A stretch of 64,000 bases of DNA from Acidobacteriota bacterium (GTDB lineage Bacteria > Acidobacteriota > Blastocatellia > RBC074), in the NCBI GenBank assembly GCA_037439425.1, contig JBBIWA010000022.1:1-64000 (forward strand), given 5' to 3'. Numbering within the stretch: the first letter of the stretch is position 1; each line of letters starts with the position of its first letter. Made by a program: the position numbers and the translations under genes. This document shows, in pieces, positions 28,620-38,248 of the stretch. The notes beneath the pieces are model-generated. The model searched no databases, had not been told where the DNA came from, and worked only from the letters and a program-made list of their open reading frames with translations.

Positions 28620-28967
28620 GTCGCTACGGCGACACACGGAAAGGATAAAAAAATCCTGAGAGCGTACGCTGCGAGCGTGCTTGGTCTGAAGATGACGACT
28701 CGCTTAATGGAAATAGGCACGCTCACAAGCGTGCTTGCTTTGCAGCATTGACGCGCTTGCCGCAAGTCGAGCACGCAAGGATGCGTGCGCTCCCAGGACC
28801 TTCCGAGGAGTCTTTCATCTCGCGTAGCGACGCCCAGAAAAATGATGAAAACCTGGGTACGCACGCTTGCGAGCGTGCCACTTTCTGGCGATAGCTCGCT
28901 CGTCGAAGCCAAGCACGCAAGGATGCGTGCGTACCAGCCAAGCACGCAAGGATGCGTGCGTACCCAG
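28620..28967. repeat. Two further copies of the MITE/REP-like element (about 28620-28796 and 28800-28967) in the divergent MFS / di-heme promoter region. The second carries a tandem duplication of the AAGCACGCAAGGATGCGTGCGTACC hairpin.
   Basis: Seen directly. Confidence 0.85.
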
Positions 28968-28987
28968 GAGTTTCCGAGGAGGACGAG

Positions 28988-30259
28988 ATGAAGACGATCA
29001 AAATACTGCCGGTGCTATTTTGCTGCGCGACTCTCACCAGCTTCATACTTCGTGCTGGAGGCCAACTCATCGCGCCACAGAGACCCGGCGCAGCTCAATC
29101 GAGCGCGGTCGAGGCCCCCATCGAAGCGCCCGCCGGATTCGACAACAAGACGAACGGGTCTATCACTCAGACCGAGTTTGAAATCGCTCTGGCAACTTTC
29201 GTCGAGCAGGAAGAAGTGGATGAAGGCCTCGGCCCGGTCTACAACGCTCAGTCCTGCGGCGAATGCCATCAGTCCCCCGTGACCGGTGGCATCAGTCAGA
29301 TCAACGAACTCCGCGCTGGTTCGCTGGACAAGCGAAGTAACTTCGTGGAAGCGCCTGGTGGTTCGCTGATCAACGACCGGGCCATTCATCCTGCTATCCA
29401 GGAGCGCGTGCCGGCCAGCGCGACAGTGGTCACAACACGCACCGTGCTCAACACGCTTGGTGATGGTTTTGTCGAAGCTATTCCCGACGAGGCCATCATC
29501 GCGGTGGCCAAAAGACAGAAGGAGACAACTAAAGGCCGCATTGCCGGGCAGGTGGTTATGGCGCGGGTGCTCGAAGCGGGCACAGTGATGCGCGTTGGGC
29601 GGTTCGGCTGGAAGAGCCAGCATGCCAGTCTCGTCTCATTTTCCGCCGATGCATATCGCAATGAGATGGGCATTACCAGTCCTCTCTTCCCGACCGAAAA
29701 CAGTTCGCTCGGGCGCTCGGTGGCGAATTTTGATCCGGTGGATGATCCGGAAGACGATGGCACAGACGTAGAAATCTTTGCGCGCTTCATGCGCGCGACA
29801 AAAGTTCCGCCGCGCGCCGAAGGCTGCGAAACCTGTCCCCGGCCTGATCCGCGCGTCGTCACAGGATCGGCGATCTTTGATGCCGTCGGCTGCAGTATCT
29901 GTCACGTGCGGACGTTCGTCACCGCGCCAGCCGGAACTAAAATAAATGGCGGCAACTTCACGATCCCGGAAGCTCTGGGCAACAAAATCATTCATCCCTT
30001 CAGCGACTTCCTGCTGCACGACGTGGGCACTGGCGATGGCATTGTGCAGAACGAGGACCAGACGACGGCGCGAAAACTACGTACGCCGCCGCTGTGGGGC
30101 GTGCGCACACGGACGCGCCTGATGCACGATGGGGCTTCGCTGACGTTTGAAAGCGCCATCCCCCGCCATCTGGGCGAGGCCAAACAGGTGAATGAGAAGT
30201 TCAGAAAACTCGACCGGAGACAGAAGGAAGTGCTGATCGCCTTTTTAGAATCTTTGTGA
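28988..30259 (+). CDS. Di-heme cytochrome c family protein (DUF1111 / putative thiol oxidoreductase-peroxidase type), secreted
   Basis: Two CxxCH motifs (CGECH, CSICH) and a signal peptide. The start is set at MKTIKIL, after the repeat element. Confidence 0.65.
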   Translation: MKTIKILPVLFCCATLTSFILRAGGQLIAPQRPGAAQSSAVEAPIEAPAGFDNKTNGSITQTEFEIALATFVEQEEVDEGLGPVYNAQSCGECHQSPVTGGISQINELRAGSLDKRSNFVEAPGGSLINDRAIHPAIQERVPASATVVTTRTVLNTLGDGFVEAIPDEAIIAVAKRQKETTKGRIAGQVVMARVLEAGTVMRVGRFGWKSQHASLVSFSADAYRNEMGITSPLFPTENSSLGRSVANFDPVDDPEDDGTDVEIFARFMRATKVPPRAEGCETCPRPDPRVVTGSAIFDAVGCSICHVRTFVTAPAGTKINGGNFTIPEALGNKIIHPFSDFLLHDVGTGDGIVQNEDQTTARKLRTPPLWGVRTRTRLMHDGASLTFESAIPRHLGEAKQVNEKFRKLDRRQKEVLIAFLESL

Positions 30260-30328
30260 GCTGACAAGCTTTTATTTCCTGGGAATGAAAGCAGGACATT
30301 TTGAATTATTCGGGTTAAGTTTAGGGGC

Positions 30329-30650
30329 ATGAATCAAGCGCCTAAACTTACTACATACCGTTTGGACAATCTTCCGCTGCTTCTCGGCCTGCTGATGCAG
30401 ATGAACCGCCCGGAGATTTTCGAGCGCGAAATCCGGGATCACGCTTTGCATCCAGGCCTGAGCGGCGGATGGATGATGACCATTTGGCTGGCTTTTATCG
30501 TCACCCGTGGCGACCACGTACAATGTTGAAGCCTGGGTTGAGCGCCATCAGGAAGTGATCGCCAGGGTCACAGGCCAAGTGATCGTCCCTCGAGAGTTCC
30601 ACGACAATCGGCTCGGCTGTTGTGCCTGGCCAAATAGCTGACGATGGACT
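30329..30650 (+). pseudogene. Transposase remnant (IS4/IS1634-superfamily N-terminal region), frameshifted near 30525 and truncated
   Basis: PEIFEREIRDHALHPGLSGGWMMTIWLAFIVTRGDH then, after a +1 shift, VEAWVERHQEVIARVTGQVIVPREFHDNRLG. This matches the conserved transposase N-terminal pattern from memory. No DDE domain follows. Confidence 0.4.
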
Positions 30651-30846
30651 CTATTTGCCGATCATCGGGCAGGCGCGAGCGCTGGCGGTGCTCATCGGCG
30701 AGCATCTTCGAGTGGCAAGTCGAGCGTGATTTGAAGAGAGAAGAGAAAAAGATGAAAGGCTTGTATGCCGGACAAGCGCGGCGAGCAACGGCCGGGCCGA
30801 CGGCGGTCGCGATGCTCGAAGCGATCTCGCGTGAAGAGATCACCCT

Positions 30847-30880
30847 TATTTACAGCCGTATCCGGCTAAGGGGGAATTGT
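30847..30880 (+). repeat. Second copy of the 33-nt TTATTTACAGCCGTATCCGGCTAAG(G/C)GGGAAT motif. A shorter hairpin-less version (cttttatttcctgggaatg) lies at 30274-30292.
   Basis: Seen directly. The copies flank the transposase remnant as direct repeats. Confidence 0.7.
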
Positions 30881-30991
30881 TCTCGTTCCATCATTGTAAG
30901 CTGGCGAGCGCTCGTGTAAACTACAAGCCACGCTGGTGCGGGTGATTGATGTCTCGGCCAGAAAATCCATCTCGAAGGTGATCAAAACGCA

Positions 30992-31606
30992 ATGAAAAAA
31001 TCTACCTCTCCAAGGCTTGGCGCCGTGATGCTGATGATCCTGAGTTTGAGTATAGCCTGTTCTTCTGGCTCTGCTCCTTCAGGGGCGCAGACTCCAGCTT
31101 CACCAACCACTCAGGCTAGTGAGAGCGGCGCGATTCCGCCCGTAGCAACTACGACTGCGACCCCAGTAGTCTCTCCCGGAGAGAATAGTGGAGAGAGTAA
31201 GCCCGCAGGGCAGGCCGCCTCGATCTCTCCTGCGGCGACTCCCATCTCTCCTGAAGACCGGGTCCCACGCATCAGCGTGGATGAGGCCCGGCGGTTGCTG
31301 GCAGCCAACCAGGCAGTGATGGTTGATGTGCGCGCGCAGGACATTTACGACCGCGAGCACATTAAAGGGGCGATCAACGTTCCGCTGGCTCAACTCGAAG
31401 CGGGCGATTACAAAGCCCTGCCGCACCACAAGCGCATTATCACCTACTGTGCTTGACCGGCTGAACATTCGAGTGCCCGTGCGGCAGTCATCCTGGAACA
31501 AGCTGGTTTCAAGAACGTAGTCACTTTGCTCGGTGGGCTTGATGGCTGGAAGAGCGCCGGTGGCCCGATTGTAGCCAAACCGTTAGACCCGATGCTGAAG
31601 AACTGA
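30992..31606 (+). pseudogene. Rhodanese-domain lipoprotein interrupted by an in-frame TGA (31454-31456) in the active-site loop (..ITYCA*PAEHSSARAAVILEQAGFKNVVTLLGGLDGW..)
   Basis: Lipobox LSIAC, rhodanese fold on both sides of the stop, and the reading frame is maintained through to 31606. Confidence 0.5.
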
Positions 31607-31676
31607 TCGCCTGACCGAGTGAGGAGTGACGGGACTTTGCTTGCCACTCGTCACTCTTCACCAGTCACTTTTAAGA

Positions 31677-31717
<41 letters not shown>

Positions 31718-32567
31718 GAGGATTTTCTTACCACTATGGCTTTCGCCACCTGCCGGATTTTGCAACCCCGGCAGTTTGTGGTCTGGACGATGCCTTCTCC
31801 AGTTTCAGTTCACGCCTGCTTTTATTGAACAGGCGAACCGGTTTAGGAGGGAGCCGTCTCGTCTCTACACTTTGCGAATCTCACACTTCAAATTTGAGAT
31901 TTGAAATTCAAGCTTCGCCTTAGCTCGGCGTTGCCATCAGCCATTTGTTTGCCCGTCGGGCAAGCAAACTCTGGGAAGGGTTCACCGACTTTGACTCCAT
32001 TCACGTCAGGGTTTCCCACTGACGCGCTCAAATTGCTTAAGTCCTCTGTGTCTGCCATTCCACCACCCCGGCAGAGAACTACAGAATTGTAGTTTAGAAG
32101 CTCAGCTTCAAAGTTGCAAGGCACCAGCGCAGTAATTCCCGCTCAAGCGCGAAAGACAAACCTTGAACGTGACGCCGCGGATGCTGCGAATCCGCTCAGA
32201 TGGCGCACTAATGCAGGAATATTCTGGATGGCAGCCTCAGCACCAACAACGCTGCCTACACTCGATCTGCTTGTTTGCCCTTGATGGGTTCCGGTACTGC
32301 TGATTGAAACGTGGGCCGCTAAACTATGCTGAACCGAATATTCTGCAAGCCAGCCTGAGCCTTCTCGAGCAGCTTACCCCTCTCCATCGATAACCTTGCT
32401 CTCTTCGTCCCTCAGCCTGATCGCTGCGACTACCGCACACCATCTAAAAGTTCAACCCCTATCGGGGGGGAATGACCAAAACAAATTCTGCTCAAACCAG
32501 GGGGAATAAATCTTACGACCGCCGCATAGTATAATGACCCGAACCGTTTCACACAAAGGAGGACTCT

Positions 32568-33464
32568 ATGAGTAGTGGCGACATTAAGCAGGTGCGCGAA
32601 TTGATAGCTACCTGGCCGGACGTGAGTAGGCTGAGCCTGGTTGAATTGCGCACAACTTATGACACCATCGGCCAGCAATTCCCCTCGCCCGACGGTGTGT
32701 CAGTTGAGAAAGTTGCAGTCGGCGGTGTTGACGCTGAATGGGTACGAGCGCCAAAGGCGCGTGCCAACGCAGTGATCTTGTATCTTCACGGTGGCGGCTA
32801 TGTGATTGGTTCGCCCGCCTCACATCGGCATATGATCGCGGCTTTGAGCCAGGCGTCAGGCGCAGCGGCGCTCGCCTTAGATTACCGCTTGGCCCCCGAA
32901 GCCCCTTTCCCTGCCGCTGTGGACGACGCTGTGAGCGCCTATGAGTGGCTCAGGCAGCAAGGCGTCGCGCCCGCTCGCATCGTCATCGCAGGCGACTCAG
33001 CAGGCGGCGGACTTACGGTAGCGACGCTCGTGGCACTGCGCGAACGCGGGCTGCCGCTGCCCGCTGCTGGCGTGTGCCTCTCTCCTTGGGTGGATCTGAC
33101 CTGCACGGCTCAGTCTATCACGGCGAAAGCTGCGGTTGATCCGATAGTCACTTACGCGCTGATCACTTTCATGGCCCAGGCTTATCTGAACGGTCAGGAC
33201 GCGAAAACCCCGCTGGCCTCGCCCCTGTTTGCTGATCCGCGTGGACTGCCGCCGCTTCTCATTCAGGTGGGGACAGATGAACTGCTGCTCGATGACGCGC
33301 GCAATCTGGCCGCGCGCGCGAAGGAAGCAGGTGTAGAAGCGACGTTAGAAGTATGGGAGGAGATGGTGCATGTCTGGCATTACTTCTTCCCGATTCTGCG
33401 CGAAGCCCGTGAAGCTATCACTCGTATCGGCGAGTTCATCCAAACGCAAGCGAGATGGGAGTAG
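32568..33464 (+). CDS. Alpha/beta hydrolase (HSL-family esterase/lipase)
   Basis: HGGGY oxyanion motif and GDSAGG nucleophile elbow. Confidence 0.85.
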   Translation: MSSGDIKQVRELIATWPDVSRLSLVELRTTYDTIGQQFPSPDGVSVEKVAVGGVDAEWVRAPKARANAVILYLHGGGYVIGSPASHRHMIAALSQASGAAALALDYRLAPEAPFPAAVDDAVSAYEWLRQQGVAPARIVIAGDSAGGGLTVATLVALRERGLPLPAAGVCLSPWVDLTCTAQSITAKAAVDPIVTYALITFMAQAYLNGQDAKTPLASPLFADPRGLPPLLIQVGTDELLLDDARNLAARAKEAGVEATLEVWEEMVHVWHYFFPILREAREAITRIGEFIQTQARWE

Positions 33465-33592
33465 AGATACAGGGGAGGAGAGGGATGGACCTCTCCCACT
33501 GCTCCCTCTCTACCTCCTGCCAACACTACCCGATGCGCCGCGCAACGAGCTCGGCGCAAGCGCGCCAGTGGCCGCTTTCGGTGGCGCGTCCC

Positions 33593-34090
33593 TCATAATC
33601 GTGCAGGATCTCCCAGCCCTGAAACTCGGCTCTGCGGCTCTCCCGGCCGAAGCAGAAATGCTGGATTCATCGGTTGGGCTTCGGCAGAATCATCAATCAG
33701 ATGAATGACCGCGACTACTATCCCACCGATCCGCGTGCCGGCTCGAATCTGAGGGAACAGGTCTCGCTGCAAGTAGTAACAGACACAGATCAGATCATAG
33801 GCCTCCGGCTCGATGATAAACTCGCCGCGCTCCAGATCAGCGATGCGCGCATCGACACTCACGCCGCGTTCACGCGCGCGCGCCAGCATCAGTTCGATGC
33901 CCACGCGCGAAGCATCCACTGCCCTCACCTGCCAGCCGCGTTCCGCCAGGAAGATCGCGTGGCGTCCCGTTCCACATGCCAGGTCGAGCGCGCATCCGGG
34001 CGCGAGCGTGTCCGCAACGCGCACCAGCAAAGGAAGCGGCTCGACCAAGATATGTTCGCCGCGACGGTAACGTTCATCCCAATCAACCAT
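33593..34090 (-). CDS. Small class I SAM-dependent methyltransferase (TehB-like)
   Basis: Motif I LDLACGTGRHAIFLA. Its start overlaps the shc stop by 8 bp. Confidence 0.75.
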   Translation of the reverse strand: MVDWDERYRRGEHILVEPLPLLVRVADTLAPGCALDLACGTGRHAIFLAERGWQVRAVDASRVGIELMLARARERGVSVDARIADLERGEFIIEPEAYDLICVCYYLQRDLFPQIRAGTRIGGIVVAVIHLIDDSAEAQPMNPAFLLRPGEPQSRVSGLGDPARL

Positions 34091-36011
34091 GCTTTCTCAA
34101 GTAACGCCCTAGCGCCGTCAACGGAAACTGGTTTCGATATTGATGGTAGTTGATATAGAAATGGCCAGGAAAACCGGTGCCGGTAAATTCCGGCTCCGGC
34201 CAACTGCCATCTTCATTCTGCCGCTCAAGCAAAAACTCGATGCCGCGCCGGACCGCTTCAGATTCGCAGTCGCCCGCCGCCATCAATCCGATCAATGCCC
34301 AGGCCGTTTGTGAAGGCGTACTCGTGCCCTGCCCGCGCAGCTCAGGGTGATGGTAGGTCGCGCACGTCTCGCCCCAACCACCATCTAAGTTCTGCGCGCG
34401 GCGCAACCACTGAACGGCTCGCTTCACTTCCGCGCGCCTCATATCAAAGCCGATTGACTCAAGGCCTACCAGCGCCAGATAAGTCCCATAGATGTAATTG
34501 ACGCCCCAGCGGCCCCACCACGAGCCGTCTTCTTCCTGCAAGCTGAGCAGAAAATTAAGAGCGCGACTCACCTGCTCGCCGGTGTAATGCTTCTCGCCCA
34601 GCCGGCGTTCGAGCTCTCCAAGCATCTCCAGCACGCGCCCGGTCAGATCGGCTGTTGGCGGATCAATCATCGCTTTCAGATCACCATAGGGCATGCGATT
34701 AAAGAGGTCCTGCGTGTTGTCCACATCGAATGCCGCCCAGCCCCCGGCCCGGCATTGCATCGTCATCACCCAACGGGCTGCCGCGCGACAGGCCTCTTTT
34801 TTGTACTCTTCATCGTCCAGCTTCAATCTGAGCAAAGCCATAACTACTGCGGCTGTGTCGTCTACGTCCGGGTAGTAGTCGTTATAGAACTCGAAGGCCC
34901 AGCCTGCGGGTTTGCCCTGGCGATTCTTATAGGCCCAATCACCGTAGCGAAAGATTTGCTGCTCAAGCAGCCATTGTCCTGCTTGTTTGAGCCGTGGATG
35001 ATCAGGCGGCATCCCTGAATCAATGAGTGCCGTGAGACCGAGCGCTGTATCCCAGGTCGGCGACAGACACGGCTGCAGGTGAAAGTAGTGGTCCTCTTCT
35101 ATCCCGAAGCGATCAATCGCTTCGAGACCGCGCTTGACATAAGGATGATGATTGGAATAACCGAGCGCGTGAAGAGCCAGCAGCGAATTGAGCATCGCCG
35201 GAATGATCCCCGCCCAATCACCCGGCGCGTCCTGATGCTCGATGATCCAGCGCTCGGCCGCCTCGATGGCTTTCTGTCTGAAGGGCACCAGCCCAGCGCT
35301 TTCAGCCAGCTTGAGCAGCCCATCAACGGCGATGAAGAGAGCGCCAACAGCAGTGCCTTCGGTGTTCTTGAGTCGAATATCGGCGCGCTCGCGGCTGCCT
35401 TCTGCAAAGAGTTCATCGGCATAGACGCCGCGATCATAAATCGGCTTCTGGTCGCAGACGATGAGCAACGGCACCGTGGAAGAGCGCGCCCAGCTCGACA
35501 TCTCATAGATATTGAGCGGAAAGGAGCGGGGCAGCAGTTGAAACCAGGCCGGCAAGGTCGGAATGCCTGCCCACGGATAAGCCCCGAACAAAGCCAGGTG
35601 TATTTTGGTGAACACACGCGCTCGCGTCAGCCCGCCGCGCGAGAGGATGAAAGCACGCGCGCGAGAGAGCGGCTCCTGGTCTGCACTCAGGCCAGCCAGC
35701 TTGAGCGCGAAGTAAGCTTCAATCGTCGTGCTCAGCTCTCCGCCATCGCCGTAGTAGAGCTCCCACGAACCATTCGCCGTCTGCTGCCGCAGCAGGTAAC
35801 GGACAGCTTTGTTTATTTGCCGCTCGCGGTCGGTGCCGAGAATGCGATGCAGCATGACGTACTCAGCCGTGAGCGTGACATTGGCTTCCAGCTCAGCCCA
35901 CCAGTAACCTTCAGGATATTGTTGCGCGAGTAAATAAGCTCGCGCTTTCTCGATAGCAGTTGCGATTCGTTCTTGCGATGCCGAGGTGATGACTTCTTGT
36001 ACGGTGCTCAT
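34083..36011 (-). CDS. shc: Squalene-hopene cyclase
   Basis: DVDDTA catalytic motif (YPDVDDTAAVVMAL) and multiple QW repeats, 642 aa. Confidence 0.9.
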   Translation of the reverse strand: MSTVQEVITSASQERIATAIEKARAYLLAQQYPEGYWWAELEANVTLTAEYVMLHRILGTDRERQINKAVRYLLRQQTANGSWELYYGDGGELSTTIEAYFALKLAGLSADQEPLSRARAFILSRGGLTRARVFTKIHLALFGAYPWAGIPTLPAWFQLLPRSFPLNIYEMSSWARSSTVPLLIVCDQKPIYDRGVYADELFAEGSRERADIRLKNTEGTAVGALFIAVDGLLKLAESAGLVPFRQKAIEAAERWIIEHQDAPGDWAGIIPAMLNSLLALHALGYSNHHPYVKRGLEAIDRFGIEEDHYFHLQPCLSPTWDTALGLTALIDSGMPPDHPRLKQAGQWLLEQQIFRYGDWAYKNRQGKPAGWAFEFYNDYYPDVDDTAAVVMALLRLKLDDEEYKKEACRAAARWVMTMQCRAGGWAAFDVDNTQDLFNRMPYGDLKAMIDPPTADLTGRVLEMLGELERRLGEKHYTGEQVSRALNFLLSLQEEDGSWWGRWGVNYIYGTYLALVGLESIGFDMRRAEVKRAVQWLRRAQNLDGGWGETCATYHHPELRGQGTSTPSQTAWALIGLMAAGDCESEAVRRGIEFLLERQNEDGSWPEPEFTGTGFPGHFYINYHQYRNQFPLTALGRYLRKHG

Positions 36012-36041
36012 AAAGTCAATTATCCGGTAGATGGCGACGAG

Positions 36042-37436
36042 TTACCGTGCAGTAGCACGCAGGATCGGATCATCAATCGAACGCTGCCACGCGGTCAAGC
36101 GTTCCTGAAGCTGATCGCGAATTTGTTGATACCCGGCCTGGCGATAGAGATTGCGCGTCTCGCCAGGGTCCTTTTCCAGATCGTAAAGCTCATCCAGAAA
36201 ATTGCTGAAGTAATGCCGCACCAACTTCCATTTGCTGGTGCGAATCATCCGCAGGTGCCTGAAGCCATCGTTGTGCACATCGTATTGCCCGAAGATCGCG
36301 TCGCGCCACGCGATCTTTTGCCCGCGCAGCAAAGGCGAGAAATCTAGACCCTGGTGCCTGACGCGAGCAGGCACAGGCGTGCCAAGCATCCCTAAAACCA
36401 AAGCGAACATGTCAATGTTGGAGACTGGCTCTGTGATTTCACTGCCAGGCTTTGCGACCCCAGGCCAGCGGATGATCAACGGCACGCGAATGGATTCCTC
36501 AAACATATTCGGACGCTGCGGCCCTCTGATGCCGCCTGCGACCCACCAGGCATTGCCTTTGGTGTGTAAGCCGTGGTGACCAATCATATAGCCGTGATCG
36601 CTGGTGAAAAGCACGATGGTCTTGCGCGCCAGATTCAGCTCATCGAGCCTGCTGAGCAGGCGGCCCAGATTGCGATCAACCGCGTGAATGGCCGCGTAAT
36701 ATTCGCGCGTCCACTGTTTCACCTGAGCGACGTCCAACCCTGGAGCTTGAGGCACAGTTGGGTCGAGGTCCGCAAAAGGCGCAGTGTCTTCAGCAGGCAT
36801 CGGGCCATAGGGCAGGTGCGGCTCGCGGAAATGCACAAGCAAAGCGAAGGGGCGCGCCCGGTTGTTTTCCACGAACCGAATGGCTTCATCTGTGATCAGG
36901 TCAGAAGCCGGACCTTTGAGTTTCGTCTCTTTGCCGTTTACTTCCAGCGTCGGATCCATCGGCTCGAAGCTGCCGCGCAAAGAACCGAAGAAGTGATGAA
37001 AGCCGTGCCGCGTGGGATGAAACTGCGGCTTGCTTCCCAGGTGCCACTTCCCGATCAGCGCTGTGATGTAGCCGTGCCGCTGCAAAACTTCCGGCCACGT
37101 GGTCTGCTGCGGTGGTAACCCTACTCCAGCCTCTGCTTCACTCGGCGCGATGTAATCGGTAATTCCCACCTGCGTGCCGTAAAGGCCGGTGAGGAAAGAT
37201 GCGCGACTAGGCGAACAGACTGGCGTGGCGACGAAGGCGTTGATGAAGCGCGCTCCTTCGCGGGCCAGCCGATCCATATTCGGCGTGCGCGCTTCGCGGT
37301 TGCCGTAAGCGCCAACCGACCAGTGCGCCTGATCGTCAGTGACGATTGAGATGAGATTATATCGTTCTGGCTGCGCAGCTTCGGAGAGCAAGATGAGAGC
37401 CAGAACTATCGCGATCACTATCAATAGCTTCTGCAT
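36042..37436 (-). CDS. Sulfatase (formylglycine-dependent arylsulfatase family), secreted
   Basis: CSPSR formylglycine motif ([14 protein letters not shown]) and a signal peptide. Confidence 0.85.
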   Translation of the reverse strand: MQKLLIVIAIVLALILLSEAAQPERYNLISIVTDDQAHWSVGAYGNREARTPNMDRLAREGARFINAFVATPVCSPSRASFLTGLYGTQVGITDYIAPSEAEAGVGLPPQQTTWPEVLQRHGYITALIGKWHLGSKPQFHPTRHGFHHFFGSLRGSFEPMDPTLEVNGKETKLKGPASDLITDEAIRFVENNRARPFALLVHFREPHLPYGPMPAEDTAPFADLDPTVPQAPGLDVAQVKQWTREYYAAIHAVDRNLGRLLSRLDELNLARKTIVLFTSDHGYMIGHHGLHTKGNAWWVAGGIRGPQRPNMFEESIRVPLIIRWPGVAKPGSEITEPVSNIDMFALVLGMLGTPVPARVRHQGLDFSPLLRGQKIAWRDAIFGQYDVHNDGFRHLRMIRTSKWKLVRHYFSNFLDELYDLEKDPGETRNLYRQAGYQQIRDQLQERLTAWQRSIDDPILRATAR

Positions 37437-37459
37437 GCTTTTTGCTACTGGCACCCCTC

Positions 37460-38245
37460 TCACTTTTTGACCCGGTCGAAGAACTCTCGCTGCAGCTCCA
37501 ACGTCCTGGTATCGGCTTTAATGGCGCGCAAGGCTCTAGCCAGAGATTCAATCCGGTGCTCAGTGAGGACTTGACCCAGCTCGCGCGTAGCTTTGGCCCC
37601 TTCGCCAGCATAATGATTCGGGAAGCTGGCATACCACCAGATAGCAGTGTAGAGCTCAGGCAGAGCGAGCCGCTTCTGATTTTCTCCTGACTCCTGAGTC
37701 GCGCGATCCATCTGGACCAGGTCTGGACGCAGATAGAGCAGTGTCGAGGTCTCTCGCTCCCCAGCGTGCATATCGCCAGCAGGGTCCGATTTGCGCAGCG
37801 CCGTGATCTGTTCATTCAAAGCCGCGTCCGGCGCGGGCTCGAAGAGATAGACGACATAGTCGCGGCGGCGCTCGAGCTGCGATTGCATGAAGAAGCGCAG
37901 CAGGTTCGGGTTGCCACCGTGCCCGTTGATGATCAGAATTCTTTTGAAGCCGTTGCGCGCGATCTCCTCACAGGTGGCATCCAGCAGCTCCCACACCAGG
38001 CGCGAGGGCAAAGCAAAAGTGCCAGGTTGATGTTTGGCTTCTTAGATCTGACCGTAGAAGTAATCCGGGAAGACCACAGCATACTCTTTCTTGGTCGCGC
38101 GCGCCGCCCATTCGCGCAGGTGAATCAGGTCTGAGCCGATGGGCGCATGCGGGCCGTGCTTTTCCAGAATGCCGATGGGAAGAATACAAGTGTAATTGGA
38201 TCTCTCCAGCGCTGTAGGCCAATCGCTGGCTTTGACATCCTCCCC
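37460..38245 (-). pseudogene. Creatininase-family amidohydrolase, disrupted by an in-frame TAA (plus 38034-38036) with its 5' end abutting the IS605 right end
   Basis: A single frame reads ..ILPIGILEKHGPHAPIGSDL..YGQI*EAKHQPGTFALPS..ILIINGHGGN..GERETS. No start codon is found upstream of the ASDWPTALE region before the TnpB stop. Confidence 0.55.
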
Positions 38246-38248
38246 GGC

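Noticed and set aside
31454-31520. Bacterial SECIS element downstream of the rhodanese UGA
   Set aside because: There is only a weak 5-bp GGCUG/CAGUC stem with no extended apical structure. It is not enough to claim selenocysteine insertion. The possibility is kept as a testable alternative in the findings.
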